A stretch of DNA of 64,000 nucleotides. It comes from a virus. Made by a program: the position numbers and the translations under genes. The stretch lies in IMG/VR virus record IMGVR_UViG_3300045988_183361; one strand, 5' to 3'. This document shows, in pieces, positions 8,546-17,477 of this stretch (positions are counted from its first letter, which is position 1; each line of letters opens with the position of its first letter). The notes beneath the pieces are model-generated. The model made no database searches, was not told the DNA's origin, and saw nothing but the letters and a program-made list of their open reading frames with translations.

Positions 8546-10231
8546 TTAGCATTTGCGTACTATTGAAGGTGCTGACATATCAGGGTTAATGAATTTCTTG
8601 CATAAATGTTCAATTCCGGTTGTTGAATCAAGCCAATATAAATAATCCCCGTCATTATCTACCAGATATTCATTAATAGAATCAAGAACATCGTTTACTT
8701 CGGAAACAGTACATATAAATCTGTATGAAGACTTATTTTTCTTTAAAGGTTTAACAGACTTAACAATAATCTGATATACAGTTTCGTCATCTGAAGATCT
8801 AAAATCATCTACTTGAATTTTTCCTGATAAACATAATTTAGCATCATTAACAAGTAAGTCTCTAATATTTGCATAATCTTTAGAAAAACATACACCATTA
8901 ATAGAACCTGTTTTATCTTCTACCTCAAAAGTTACCCATTCGTATCCATTTCTATCCTTTCTTACAACAAGATTTTTAATTATACCAGATACATCGTTAA
9001 CTTCTGTTGAAATATCAGAAATGGGATCTGTATAAATATTATACTCATCAATTGGATGCCCTGTAATATAAACACCTAACACTTCTTTTTCATCATTTAG
9101 AATCTGACCTAAATCATCTTCTACATAATCAATATCTATATTTTCAAGATCATCTTCTAAGCTTTCTATAACTGTCTTAGCTGAATTGATACGTTTAATT
9201 ATGGAATCCTTAGTTGGCATCTTTTTTGAAGTAACTTGAAAGGAAATATTTTCTTCTGAAATTCTTTCCTTAAACTCATCAAGATCAATATAATCTTCCA
9301 CAAATTCAATAACTTTACTTGCGTTTTCAATAAACTTACTCTTCTCTCTGATTTTCTTAATTGTATCCTGAATTTCTTTCATACAAATCATATCTAATGA
9401 TATCATTGTTCTTGTATAACCAAGGCAATCGAAAGCACCTGCTTTAATTAAGGAACTTAATGCTTCTGCATTAATATTTGTTCGTTTGATAAAATCCTTA
9501 ATATCAGAATATTCTCCATTAACATTTCTATCTTCAATAATTTTAGCTGCTTCTGATCCAACATTCTTAATATTACTCAGACCATACAAAATGTTCCCAT
9601 CTACAACATCACAATGTAAATTTGAAGCATTAATGTCCGGAGGCAATACCTTTACTCCAAAATCAAGGGCATCACTAATATCATCAGCGACTTCATCAAT
9701 CTTATCAGTATGATTTATTACATTTGTAAGATAATAAGCCGGATAATAATACTTAAGAAAAGCAGTCCAATATGATGTAACAGCATAAGCAGTAGCATGT
9801 GACTTATTAAACGCATACTTAGCAAAGTCAACCATCGCATCCCAGATTTTATGAGCAATTTCTTCTGATATTCCATTTGCAATACAACCTGGTACTAATG
9901 CTTCATTTTCTTTTTTAGTATCAGCATTACCATATACAAAAGTGTGTCTTTCAGCATCAATCTCATCCTGATGTTTTTTTGACATAGCTCTACGGACTAA
10001 ATCAGAACGCCCCCATGTATATCCTGCTAAATCACGAACAATCTGCATTACCTGTTCCTGATAAACTATCTGTCCATAAGTAGTTGACAAAATTGGCTCT
10101 AATTGAGGACATAAATATTTAATCTTAGATGCATCCTTTTTACCTTCTATGAAATCAGGTATAAACTTTTCAGGACCAGGACGATATAAAGCATTCATTG
10201 CTATTAAATCTTCAATACCTGTTTTATTCAT
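8546..10231 (-). CDS. dnaE: DNA polymerase III alpha (DnaE-type), C-terminal part as an independent gene
   Basis: NALYRPGP, YGQIVYQEQVMQIV, fingers/OB-like regions; own TGTCATAA box, SD AAAGGAGAAA and ATG. Confidence 0.85.
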   Translation of the reverse strand: MNKTGIEDLIAMNALYRPGPEKFIPDFIEGKKDASKIKYLCPQLEPILSTTYGQIVYQEQVMQIVRDLAGYTWGRSDLVRRAMSKKHQDEIDAERHTFVYGNADTKKENEALVPGCIANGISEEIAHKIWDAMVDFAKYAFNKSHATAYAVTSYWTAFLKYYYPAYYLTNVINHTDKIDEVADDISDALDFGVKVLPPDINASNLHCDVVDGNILYGLSNIKNVGSEAAKIIEDRNVNGEYSDIKDFIKRTNINAEALSSLIKAGAFDCLGYTRTMISLDMICMKEIQDTIKKIREKSKFIENASKVIEFVEDYIDLDEFKERISEENISFQVTSKKMPTKDSIIKRINSAKTVIESLEDDLENIDIDYVEDDLGQILNDEKEVLGVYITGHPIDEYNIYTDPISDISTEVNDVSGIIKNLVVRKDRNGYEWVTFEVEDKTGSINGVCFSKDYANIRDLLVNDAKLCLSGKIQVDDFRSSDDETVYQIIVKSVKPLKKNKSSYRFICTVSEVNDVLDSINEYLVDNDGDYLYWLDSTTGIEHLCKKFINPDMSAPSIVRKC

Positions 10232-10267
10232 TTTAAATTTCTCCTTTCAATTCATAACTATATAATT

Positions 10268-10283
10268 TATGACAGAAAATTAA
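10268..10283 (-). promoter_or_regulatory. TTTTCTGTCATAA box for the dnaE C-terminal gene
   Basis: terminator, box, SD, ATG 10231. Confidence 0.5.
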
Positions 10284-10307
10284 AAAAAGCGTCCAATTTT
10301 GGACGCT
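10282..10307 (-). terminator. intrinsic terminator after gene 10318..10623
   Basis: GCGTCCAAAATTGGACGC hairpin followed by a U7 run on the minus strand. Confidence 0.6.
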
Positions 10308-10317
10308 TGCATGAATA

Positions 10318-10623
10318 TTAAAAAGAATACTTGTTACATATATTTTCTTTTATATAAGTGATCAAATTTTTAGCATAATCTATTCTGTCTTTTAATTTAT
10401 CAATATCATTAATATCATATGAAACATTACCAGTAATACTAATATAAAAATCATCTTTTATGGTTTTAATTTCAATATCATAATATGGAATCTTTGGAGT
10501 AAAAAAGAATCTTATGACTTTACCTGTTCTTGAATCTCTTCTTAATAGAATTTTATATGTTTTATTATCGTATTCATCTATTATCCATGGACCGGATTCA
10601 TATGTTCTAATAAAAGTTACCAT
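10318..10623 (-). CDS. hypothetical protein
   Basis: ORF track. Confidence 0.5.
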   Translation of the reverse strand: MVTFIRTYESGPWIIDEYDNKTYKILLRRDSRTGKVIRFFFTPKIPYYDIEIKTIKDDFYISITGNVSYDINDIDKLKDRIDYAKNLITYIKENICNKYSF

Positions 10624-11204
10624 TATCTTACTTCTTCCTCTCTGTTATCTTTATTAATTTCAGTATGAATTACATCTGGCATAATTTTATCTTCATCATC
10701 TTCTCCGCCTAAATCTAAATCAATATCTGATAGTTCATTTGTGTCAATATTGTTTGTTATATTACTAATATTAACACTTTTACAATTTTGAGTCATTGCC
10801 TTTATAACATCATCTATAGTTTTAGCATCTCTACCGATTCCGTCAAGATAAAAAGCAGCCGTTATCTGGGCGCAAAAATCTGCGATTATATGTCTATCAG
10901 TTGTTTCAGGGCAAAACTTAGGAACATTATAATATTCACAATCTCTATTGATTTGGGAACACGCAGCTATTGCAGCTTCATGTTTAATTCTCCGATTTTT
11001 ATCCATAGACTGAATAGCTTCTCGTAATTCTTCTCCCTTAAGTGTAGCATATTTAATTGGAGTTGAATAGTTTTGATGATAAACAATCTGTACATATTCT
11101 CCAAATGCGGCCATATTGTAATTTAACATATCTAAATCATTCTCTCTATATTCATTATCTGGCGAATTTATTGCATTTACTAATTCCTTAAATTCTTTAA
11201 TCAT
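10623..11204 (-). CDS. hypothetical protein (acidic C-terminus)
   Basis: ORF track; TGTCAT box at 11244. Confidence 0.5.
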   Translation of the reverse strand: MIKEFKELVNAINSPDNEYRENDLDMLNYNMAAFGEYVQIVYHQNYSTPIKYATLKGEELREAIQSMDKNRRIKHEAAIAACSQINRDCEYYNVPKFCPETTDRHIIADFCAQITAAFYLDGIGRDAKTIDDVIKAMTQNCKSVNISNITNNIDTNELSDIDLDLGGEDDEDKIMPDVIHTEINKDNREEEVR

Positions 11205-11303
11205 ATTTTTTACTCTCCTTCCATTTATTGTTATAATAAATAAATGACAGAAAAATAAAATAACAAGTACCCATTAATAGGTACTTGTTATTAAGCATTT
11301 GTT

Positions 11304-11750
11304 TTAATTTGAATCACTCTTATCATGTACAAAATATAATTTTTGTATTAATTCAGATTTTCTTTTTTCATACTGAAATAAATCATTACATTCACATGAT
11401 AAAAAACTTGCAGCAGAATCAATCTGTTTTACAATTTCCTTTACTATACAATCAATGATTTCCTTTGGTGATTCCAATAGTTTAATTAGGCCTAAATGCT
11501 CCCCTTCATGAATTATGAAAGCTGTATCTGGTGTCAAAACTAGCGTTGCTGTAGAGCCTTCAGAATCAAAATAACAGGATGCCGTATTATTGTTATAATA
11601 ATTAATGCACATATCTAATAAGTCATTTGGGACATCAGTTAAATATGAAGCGTTCACTCTACAATTTGTCTTTTCGAATTTAATATTACACCAACCATTT
11701 GTTAAAATTTCAATTATCATGATTTTCTCCTTAAATATAATTATAAGCAA
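11304..11750 (-). CDS. hypothetical protein
   Basis: ORF track; overlaps FEN stop, so operonic. Confidence 0.5.
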   Translation of the reverse strand: MLIIIFKEKIMIIEILTNGWCNIKFEKTNCRVNASYLTDVPNDLLDMCINYYNNNTASCYFDSEGSTATLVLTPDTAFIIHEGEHLGLIKLLESPKEIIDCIVKEIVKQIDSAASFLSCECNDLFQYEKRKSELIQKLYFVHDKSDSN

Positions 11751-12622
11751 ACAATGTTGCCATTTTTAAGTATACTTATAATACTGTTAAGTTCATACAA
11801 ACCTAATATCTGCTCACTAATTTCATTTAACATATTATCTGATACATTAGCGTTATAAGCATCAAGTTCTACATCTGTTTTTATTGTTGCTAAAATTTTT
11901 GACAACAAAATATTATCTTCACTATTTATTAAACAAGTTGAAATACTTTTTCCTTTAGACATATTAGATTCAATATCTGAAATATTCATATATATGTTAA
12001 ACAAATTTCCATACTTATGTATTAGTTTACTTGCAGTTTTAGGACCAATACCTGCAGCTCCAGGAATATTATCCGATTTATCTCCCATTAATGTTTTTAC
12101 ATCAATAAACTGTTTAGGAGTAACGAAATACTCATTCATAATTTCTACCGGAGTCCAAATATCTTCCGGGTTGTTTGGAACAACTAATGATACTAAATCA
12201 TTACATAATTGTAACAAATCATGATCTGCAGATATAATATTAACCTTATTTCCGGCTTTACTTTCAATAGTTGAAATTGTTCCTATAATATCATCTGCTT
12301 CATATCCTTCTTTTTCAATAACACATATATTCATTGTTTTAAGAATAGGAACAATAGCCTGTCTCTGAATCTTAAATTCTTCCGGTGCAGGATCTCTAGT
12401 TGCCTTATACCCGTTATACATTAAATGCCTGAAAGTTGGCTTTGCAGTATCAAACGCAACAATTAATTCATCAGGACTATACTTTTCTTTCATATATAGA
12501 ATTGTATTTAAAGCTCCTTTAATTGCATTAGTCGGAAATCCCTTTGAGGTTTTTAATTCTGGAACACCATAAAAAGATCTTCTGAGAATGTAATTCCCAT
12601 CAAAAATCATAATATTTTTCAT
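11741..12622 (-). CDS. FEN / 5'-3' exonuclease (Pol I N-terminal domain-like)
   Basis: VAFDTAKPTFRHLMYNGYKATR, EADDIIGT; start moved to ATG 12620-12622 (SD AAAGGAGAAAAATTA) because the TGTCATAA box at 12655 lies inside the longer ORF-track reading. Confidence 0.8.
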   Translation of the reverse strand: MKNIMIFDGNYILRRSFYGVPELKTSKGFPTNAIKGALNTILYMKEKYSPDELIVAFDTAKPTFRHLMYNGYKATRDPAPEEFKIQRQAIVPILKTMNICVIEKEGYEADDIIGTISTIESKAGNKVNIISADHDLLQLCNDLVSLVVPNNPEDIWTPVEIMNEYFVTPKQFIDVKTLMGDKSDNIPGAAGIGPKTASKLIHKYGNLFNIYMNISDIESNMSKGKSISTCLINSEDNILLSKILATIKTDVELDAYNANVSDNMLNEISEQILGLYELNSIISILKNGNIVCL

Positions 12623-12654
12623 TAATTTTTCTCCTTTATAATTTTTAATATATT

Positions 12655-12669
12655 TATGACAGAAAAAAA
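12655..12669 (-). promoter_or_regulatory. TTTTTTTCTGTCATAA box for the FEN gene
   Basis: preceded by GCGGGAGACUUAUGUUUCCUGC hairpin (G-U pairs) + U7. Confidence 0.5.
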
Positions 12670-12730
12670 GCAGGAAACATAAGTCTCCCGCTTTCAAAAA
12701 ATCTTATTTAGTTATGAAAAATCAAAATAT

Positions 12731-12988
12731 TCAATTTCTTTCACTTAAGAATTTTTCCACAGCATCTTCAACAGCTTCATATTCAGTAAGACCGTTACCT
12801 TCTGCGTAAGTATCATAAGCTGCTTCACCAATATCAATATAATCATTCTCAGTAATATCAGAATGATATTGAGACTGAATAATCTCTTTAGCTGTATTAA
12901 TCATCCATGTTGAAACAAATTCCTTATGAGCAGCATAAATTTCGTCATATGTTAATTTTATTTCCTTACCATTTCTTATTATTGTCAT
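12731..12988 (-). CDS. hypothetical protein
   Basis: ORF track; SD AAAGGAGAATAAGAC. Confidence 0.5.
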   Translation of the reverse strand: MTIIRNGKEIKLTYDEIYAAHKEFVSTWMINTAKEIIQSQYHSDITENDYIDIGEAAYDTYAEGNGLTEYEAVEDAVEKFLSERN

Positions 12989-13069
12989 GTCTTATTCTCC
13001 TTTAGTTGTTATTATTTTCATCAGAATTATCATATATGACACTTTCAATTATATTAATTGCTGTATTTG

Positions 13070-13126
13070 CATGAACTACTCACAACCGACTATTGTCGGA
13101 TGGAGTTTTCTTACAATTCTTCGATA
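13070..13126 (+). repeat. dispersed 57-nt hairpin repeat, copy 1
   Basis: ATGAACTACTCACAACCGACTATTGTCGGATGGAGTTTTCTTACAATTCTTCGATAA. Confidence 0.8.
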
Positions 13127-13158
13127 ATATTTAAAGTTTTCATAAAATTCCTTTCTTT

Positions 13159-13617
13159 TTACAATGTACTTTTTATAACCTTAACAGGTTCTAATCTGCC
13201 GTTTATAAATGAAGCAGTTCCTAATGTTTTATCAGTATTTTTAGAAGATTCAAAGAAATCATTTGCCATATCCTCATTTGAAAAATATGAATATTCTCCT
13301 GAATTGTCTCCGCAATCTGACTCATATCCTATCCAAACATAATAAAATGAAAATCTTTCAAGGTTATCACTGTCGTCAGGGATTGCTCCGTTCCAATCAT
13401 CATTTTCTTTTATATCTTCTTCTAATTCATATTTAAACTCGCTCATCATATTAGGATCGTCTAAATATACACATTTATGGTAATTATCAACTGCAATTGC
13501 GCATTTCTGTCCTAATGGATGCAGTAAATAATTCTTAGGCACTTCCAATAATGCTCCTATCATATCATTTACTGTTTCTAAGTTATTTTCCTTAATTTCA
13601 AATGCATTAGTTTTCAT
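13159..13617 (-). CDS. hypothetical protein
   Basis: ORF track; box at 13654. Confidence 0.5.
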   Translation of the reverse strand: MKTNAFEIKENNLETVNDMIGALLEVPKNYLLHPLGQKCAIAVDNYHKCVYLDDPNMMSEFKYELEEDIKENDDWNGAIPDDSDNLERFSFYYVWIGYESDCGDNSGEYSYFSNEDMANDFFESSKNTDKTLGTASFINGRLEPVKVIKSTL

Positions 13618-13701
13618 AATTTTATTCTCCTTTTTAAATTTTATAATAATACAATGACAGAAAAATAAAAAAACTGGCTACTAATAGTAACCAGTTTAAT
13701 T

Positions 13702-14691
13702 TTATAACTTTACAATTTTCTCATTAACTTCCATTCTAAATGTATTGATTTTGTCTATATCCGGCTCATCTGGCAATACAGAGTTTTTACATGCATTTTC
13801 AAACTTATTCTTGTATTCATCTACTATTTCAAAGAAATGTTTATTAGGGATTCCATTTTCATCAAGATATACACCATTTCTAATATCCATCAACAAATCA
13901 TGTTCTTTAATTCTTTTCGTTTGAATTTTCCCTTCAGAAACTAAATCAATTCCCATCATATACAATCTAAGTAAATGCATACTATGTTTTGCTATTTTAC
14001 CATGATTTAATGCATGTTCATTCCTTTTACTTGTTTTCCGGTAATCTCTTAAAGTGTTATTAAATTCTGAAAGCATTCCTGACAAATCTTCCATTGAACA
14101 CTGTGTTGCAATAATATTGCATTTGATTTTGCCGTCAACCAAATAAAAAGACACATTATTTTCATCTAAATTGTACTTATCGTTCATTTTCTTGGACATA
14201 TTATTAAGCACTCCAGAAATGTGTCTATTTAATTCTTCTTCCGTTAAAGCAGCGTTGGTCTTCTGCTGCATACGGTATAACTGTTGTAATGCATATTCAC
14301 TAAATGTATTAATACATCTATTCGATAAAAAAATATCTTTATTTTTTAATAAAAGCTCCCCAAATTCATTTTTATAAATATAATCATCTGTATCTAATCC
14401 TAAAAGTTCAATAGTGTTTGGATTGCATTTAGCTAATAAATCAATAATTTTGTCAAAACTATAAATAGTTGTATCTGTATTAACATCTACAAAATTTTCA
14501 AAATCATTACCTAACAAGATATCTTCTTTTCTTCTAACAGCAACTCCTCTTATATCAATATCGCTTTCTGGAAGATTTGTCCCATATGCTCTGCTACCAC
14601 CTAATCCAAGTATACAAATATTCTTATCTAAATTTTGATTTTCCTTTAAAAATGAATACTCAGGCATATTTAATATATTTTTATTTATCAT
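13702..14691 (-). CDS. nucleotidyltransferase-fold protein (PF10127/COG3541-like)
   Basis: ILGLGGSRAYGTNLPESDIDIRGV matches the GS-x5-G-x6-SDxD motif of pol-beta-superfamily NTases. Confidence 0.6.
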   Translation of the reverse strand: MINKNILNMPEYSFLKENQNLDKNICILGLGGSRAYGTNLPESDIDIRGVAVRRKEDILLGNDFENFVDVNTDTTIYSFDKIIDLLAKCNPNTIELLGLDTDDYIYKNEFGELLLKNKDIFLSNRCINTFSEYALQQLYRMQQKTNAALTEEELNRHISGVLNNMSKKMNDKYNLDENNVSFYLVDGKIKCNIIATQCSMEDLSGMLSEFNNTLRDYRKTSKRNEHALNHGKIAKHSMHLLRLYMMGIDLVSEGKIQTKRIKEHDLLMDIRNGVYLDENGIPNKHFFEIVDEYKNKFENACKNSVLPDEPDIDKINTFRMEVNEKIVKL

Positions 14692-14713
14692 ATTCTCTTC
14701 CCTATCCTTGTAA

Positions 14714-14769
14714 TTAAACTACCCACAACCGGCTATTGTCGGTTGGGGTTTTTTGCTTAATTGCGATAA
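14714..14769 (+). repeat. dispersed hairpin repeat, copy 2 (diverged, with compensatory stem changes)
   Basis: TTAAACTACCCACAACCGGCTATTGTCGGTTGGGGTTTTTTGCTTAATTGCGATAA. Confidence 0.7.
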
Positions 14770-14779
14770 TATCATTCTT

Positions 14780-15412
14780 TTATTTTCTAACAATAGCAGA
14801 AAAATCTACTGACTGTAAAATCTTAATGATATCTTCTACTTCAGGACTTCTCCATGCAGTCATAGCATAGGTATGAGCGTACTCATCGTAATGATAATGA
14901 TTTGCCTTTAGATGTTCAGCGGCTGCCTTTTCTGTTAAAAACATTGTGTTTTCATAAATTTTATCTCTATATGCATAACAGGTGAAAGTATATCTGCCAT
15001 AATTATGCTCATTCAACCAAGTCTTTAAATCATCAAGATCAGCTAAACATTCCTCATAATCATTATCTTCTTTTGATGTAACATAATATCCATCATATTC
15101 TTTTGAAATAACCCAAGAATCACCGTTTTCTTCAAATTCCTTATTAAAAAATACAATTGCATCATCAATATTATCAGCAACTTCTTCGACTGCCTCATTA
15201 TCTATTAATGTTACACCGTCTTCATATCCTTCTGGAACAATACACTTTTCTTTCCCCATAATAACCCAAAATCGAGGATCAGCTTGTCCTACATGGTCCT
15301 GTGTATTTAATTCATGCTGCAAATCAGACAAAAATTTGATTTCTTTATCTGTAATTTTATGTTTCTCTACTGTGTCTGGATGGTATTGTAAATGTTCATG
15401 AAATATTGCCAT
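14780..15412 (-). CDS. hypothetical protein
   Basis: ORF track. Confidence 0.5.
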   Translation of the reverse strand: MAIFHEHLQYHPDTVEKHKITDKEIKFLSDLQHELNTQDHVGQADPRFWVIMGKEKCIVPEGYEDGVTLIDNEAVEEVADNIDDAIVFFNKEFEENGDSWVISKEYDGYYVTSKEDNDYEECLADLDDLKTWLNEHNYGRYTFTCYAYRDKIYENTMFLTEKAAAEHLKANHYHYDEYAHTYAMTAWRSPEVEDIIKILQSVDFSAIVRK

Positions 15413-15439
15413 ATTTTTCTCCTTAAACTTTATTTATTT

Positions 15440-15676
15440 TTATTCAGTATAGTATTGGAATGCACAATCATACATTTGTTTCCCAGTTATCTGATCTGTG
15501 AATATAGGGCAATGCCAATCCTTATTAAATCCTGTTTCCTTACACCATTCATTAATAACTCTAGTAGTAATTGGTGTGACAAATACATATAAATCTGATT
15601 CATGGTGAAACATATCTTTTTCAGAATATCCAACCTCAATGAATCGTTGCATAAGAGTTTTATTATTTTTCTCCAT
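15440..15676 (-). CDS. hypothetical protein
   Basis: ORF track; box at 15715. Confidence 0.45.
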   Translation of the reverse strand: MEKNNKTLMQRFIEVGYSEKDMFHHESDLYVFVTPITTRVINEWCKETGFNKDWHCPIFTDQITGKQMYDCAFQYYTE

Positions 15677-15780
15677 AATATTGTTCTCCTTTATTTATTA
15701 TAATTTAAAAGAAATATGACAGAAAAAACGCACATCATAATGACATGCGTTTTAATACAAAATATTCAATTAACTATTCA

Positions 15781-16539
15781 CTATGAGCATAACTTCTTAA
15801 GGTTATTTCTCATACCGGCTGACTCAAACTGGAAAACATTCTTAGTTCTTCCTTTTGCATATACTTCTTTGTATACCTTATCAGCTTTAGGACCCTCTAA
15901 TGGAATATTCATTACATCAATTACTTCTCCTGTATCTCTCTGAATCATTCTGAGTGTGTCAGTAATAATTGTAAGAGTTTTTAATCCAAGAAAATCCATT
16001 TTTAATAATCCATTAGCTTCGCACTGAATCATGTCCATTTCTGTAGTTTTAATTCCCTTTTTTCCATCTCTAATAGGAATATAATCAGTAACATCATTAC
16101 TATCATAAATAATAACACCTGCGGCATGTTGTGCGTATGTCGTAAGCATACCTTCACAATGAGCTGCAATATTAAGAATAGAAATAGCATCTGGATTACT
16201 ATTATATTCATCCTTTAAGAAATCTAACAAAGAAATGCTGTCCTGAATATTAATGCCTAATTCATCAACCTTATTAGTATCTTTCATGCCAACAATATCT
16301 TCAAAATTAGTTGCTTTAGCAGGCACTTTCTTACGAATCTGATCTCCTAAAGATAAGAATTTCTTTTCATCATCATAAGCTTTCTTTCCATAATATCTTG
16401 CAGCATCTCTGATAGCACCTTTAGCCTGCTGTCTTGATTCTGTAATAATTCCAACAACAGCTTCACTACCATATTTAGCTCTTACATACTCAATTGTCTT
16501 TTCTCTTACTCCAAGAGCAAGATCACTATCGATATCCAA
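15781..16539 (-). CDS. dnaE: DnaE-type Pol III alpha, middle segment (exon 2 / palm-thumb)
   Basis: begins DIDSDLA (the PDxD DID.DF catalytic motif), ends FQFESAGMRNNLKKL; followed by its own terminator. Confidence 0.8.
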   Translation of the reverse strand: MDIDSDLALGVREKTIEYVRAKYGSEAVVGIITESRQQAKGAIRDAARYYGKKAYDDEKKFLSLGDQIRKKVPAKATNFEDIVGMKDTNKVDELGINIQDSISLLDFLKDEYNSNPDAISILNIAAHCEGMLTTYAQHAAGVIIYDSNDVTDYIPIRDGKKGIKTTEMDMIQCEANGLLKMDFLGLKTLTIITDTLRMIQRDTGEVIDVMNIPLEGPKADKVYKEVYAKGRTKNVFQFESAGMRNNLKKLCS

Positions 16540-17477
16540 ATATACCCCTACTTTCGTAGTACTTTAACACTTGTATAAGTGGGATTAGACTATATCTCAA
16601 TATAATATTGTTAATATTATATTTCAACGCACTTCCAACTGTAACCATTCTCAGTTGTACTCCTTAAAAAGGATAGTCGTTACACTTTAAAATAAATAAT
16701 ATTATATACGAACAATTTTTAAGTCATTCCATTTTAAATATTTATGCATTGAGGAATAACTTGCGTTATATTTTTCTTTAGCATATCGAGCTGCTGCTAA
16801 TATGCTTTCAAATCTATCAATTAATATATCTCCTTTATATAATTTACAACACTTATAATTTCTTACAGGAGACATAGTTTTATAACTATCATATAAATTG
16901 TCTTTTCTAGTACACCATTCTAAATTATTCACCTTACAATTTTGTTTATTTTTGTCTTTATGATTAACTTCTGGTAGATTATAAGGATTAGGAATAAAAT
17001 TCATCGCAACTAATCGATGCAATAAAAATTTTTTATTATCTAATCTTATCATCCTGTAATTCTTTTTACTATCTAAAAAAGGTTTAAGTTGTCGAATTTT
17101 CCCTTGTTTTATACTAAAAATCTTTCCATATGAAGTTATGTAATATTCGTGGTGATTTTTAATTTCTACTATTTTTTCACCTTTTTCAAGGAATGATGTA
17201 AAATTGATATAATCTATCATAAATATACACCTCCTTATTTATATAATATTATTTATAATCTTAGCACGGTATCGCCTGCTATCCTTCAATATCTTTTATA
17301 TAAAAATACGAGGACCGTAGGTTCTCTTACGAAGCTGCTTCGTCTATGGGTTAAGCTATATATCCTGTTGTGACACTTTATATAGCAGTCTTATTCAACT
17401 TCTACCGTTAGCACTTAATAATAAAATATTAAGCACACCTCTGAGTTAGAGTCCACGCTGAACGCCCAATATATTTA
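16540..17477 (-). ncRNA. group I intron interrupting dnaE, with HNH homing-endonuclease ORF
   Basis: about 940 nt inserted exactly between ..ERVSMP and DIDSD.. of the DnaE active site; GC-richer structured flanks at 17221-17477 and 16540-16701 around an internal ORF with its own SD. Confidence 0.6.
16702..17220 (-). CDS. HNH homing endonuclease (intron-encoded)
   Basis: NHKDKNKQNCKVNNLEWCTRKDN HNH-type motif; SD AAGGAGGTG; sits inside the intron. Confidence 0.8.
   Translation of the reverse strand: MIDYINFTSFLEKGEKIVEIKNHHEYYITSYGKIFSIKQGKIRQLKPFLDSKKNYRMIRLDNKKFLLHRLVAMNFIPNPYNLPEVNHKDKNKQNCKVNNLEWCTRKDNLYDSYKTMSPVRNYKCCKLYKGDILIDRFESILAAARYAKEKYNASYSSMHKYLKWNDLKIVRI

Noticed and set aside
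13070-13126. 18-codon micro-ORF (MNYSQPTIVGWSFLTILR) inside the dispersed hairpin repeat
   Set aside because: ATG missing in copies 2 and 7, premature stops in copies 4 and 5, no SD, and substitutions follow RNA-stem covariation rather than codon constraints.
15781-15790. Split intein at the dnaE break (middle fragment ends ..KKL-CS-stop, and Cys is the first intein residue)
   Set aside because: Only two residues before the stop, no N-intein or C-intein blocks before MNKTGIED, and the C-terminal gene has its own promoter box and SD.
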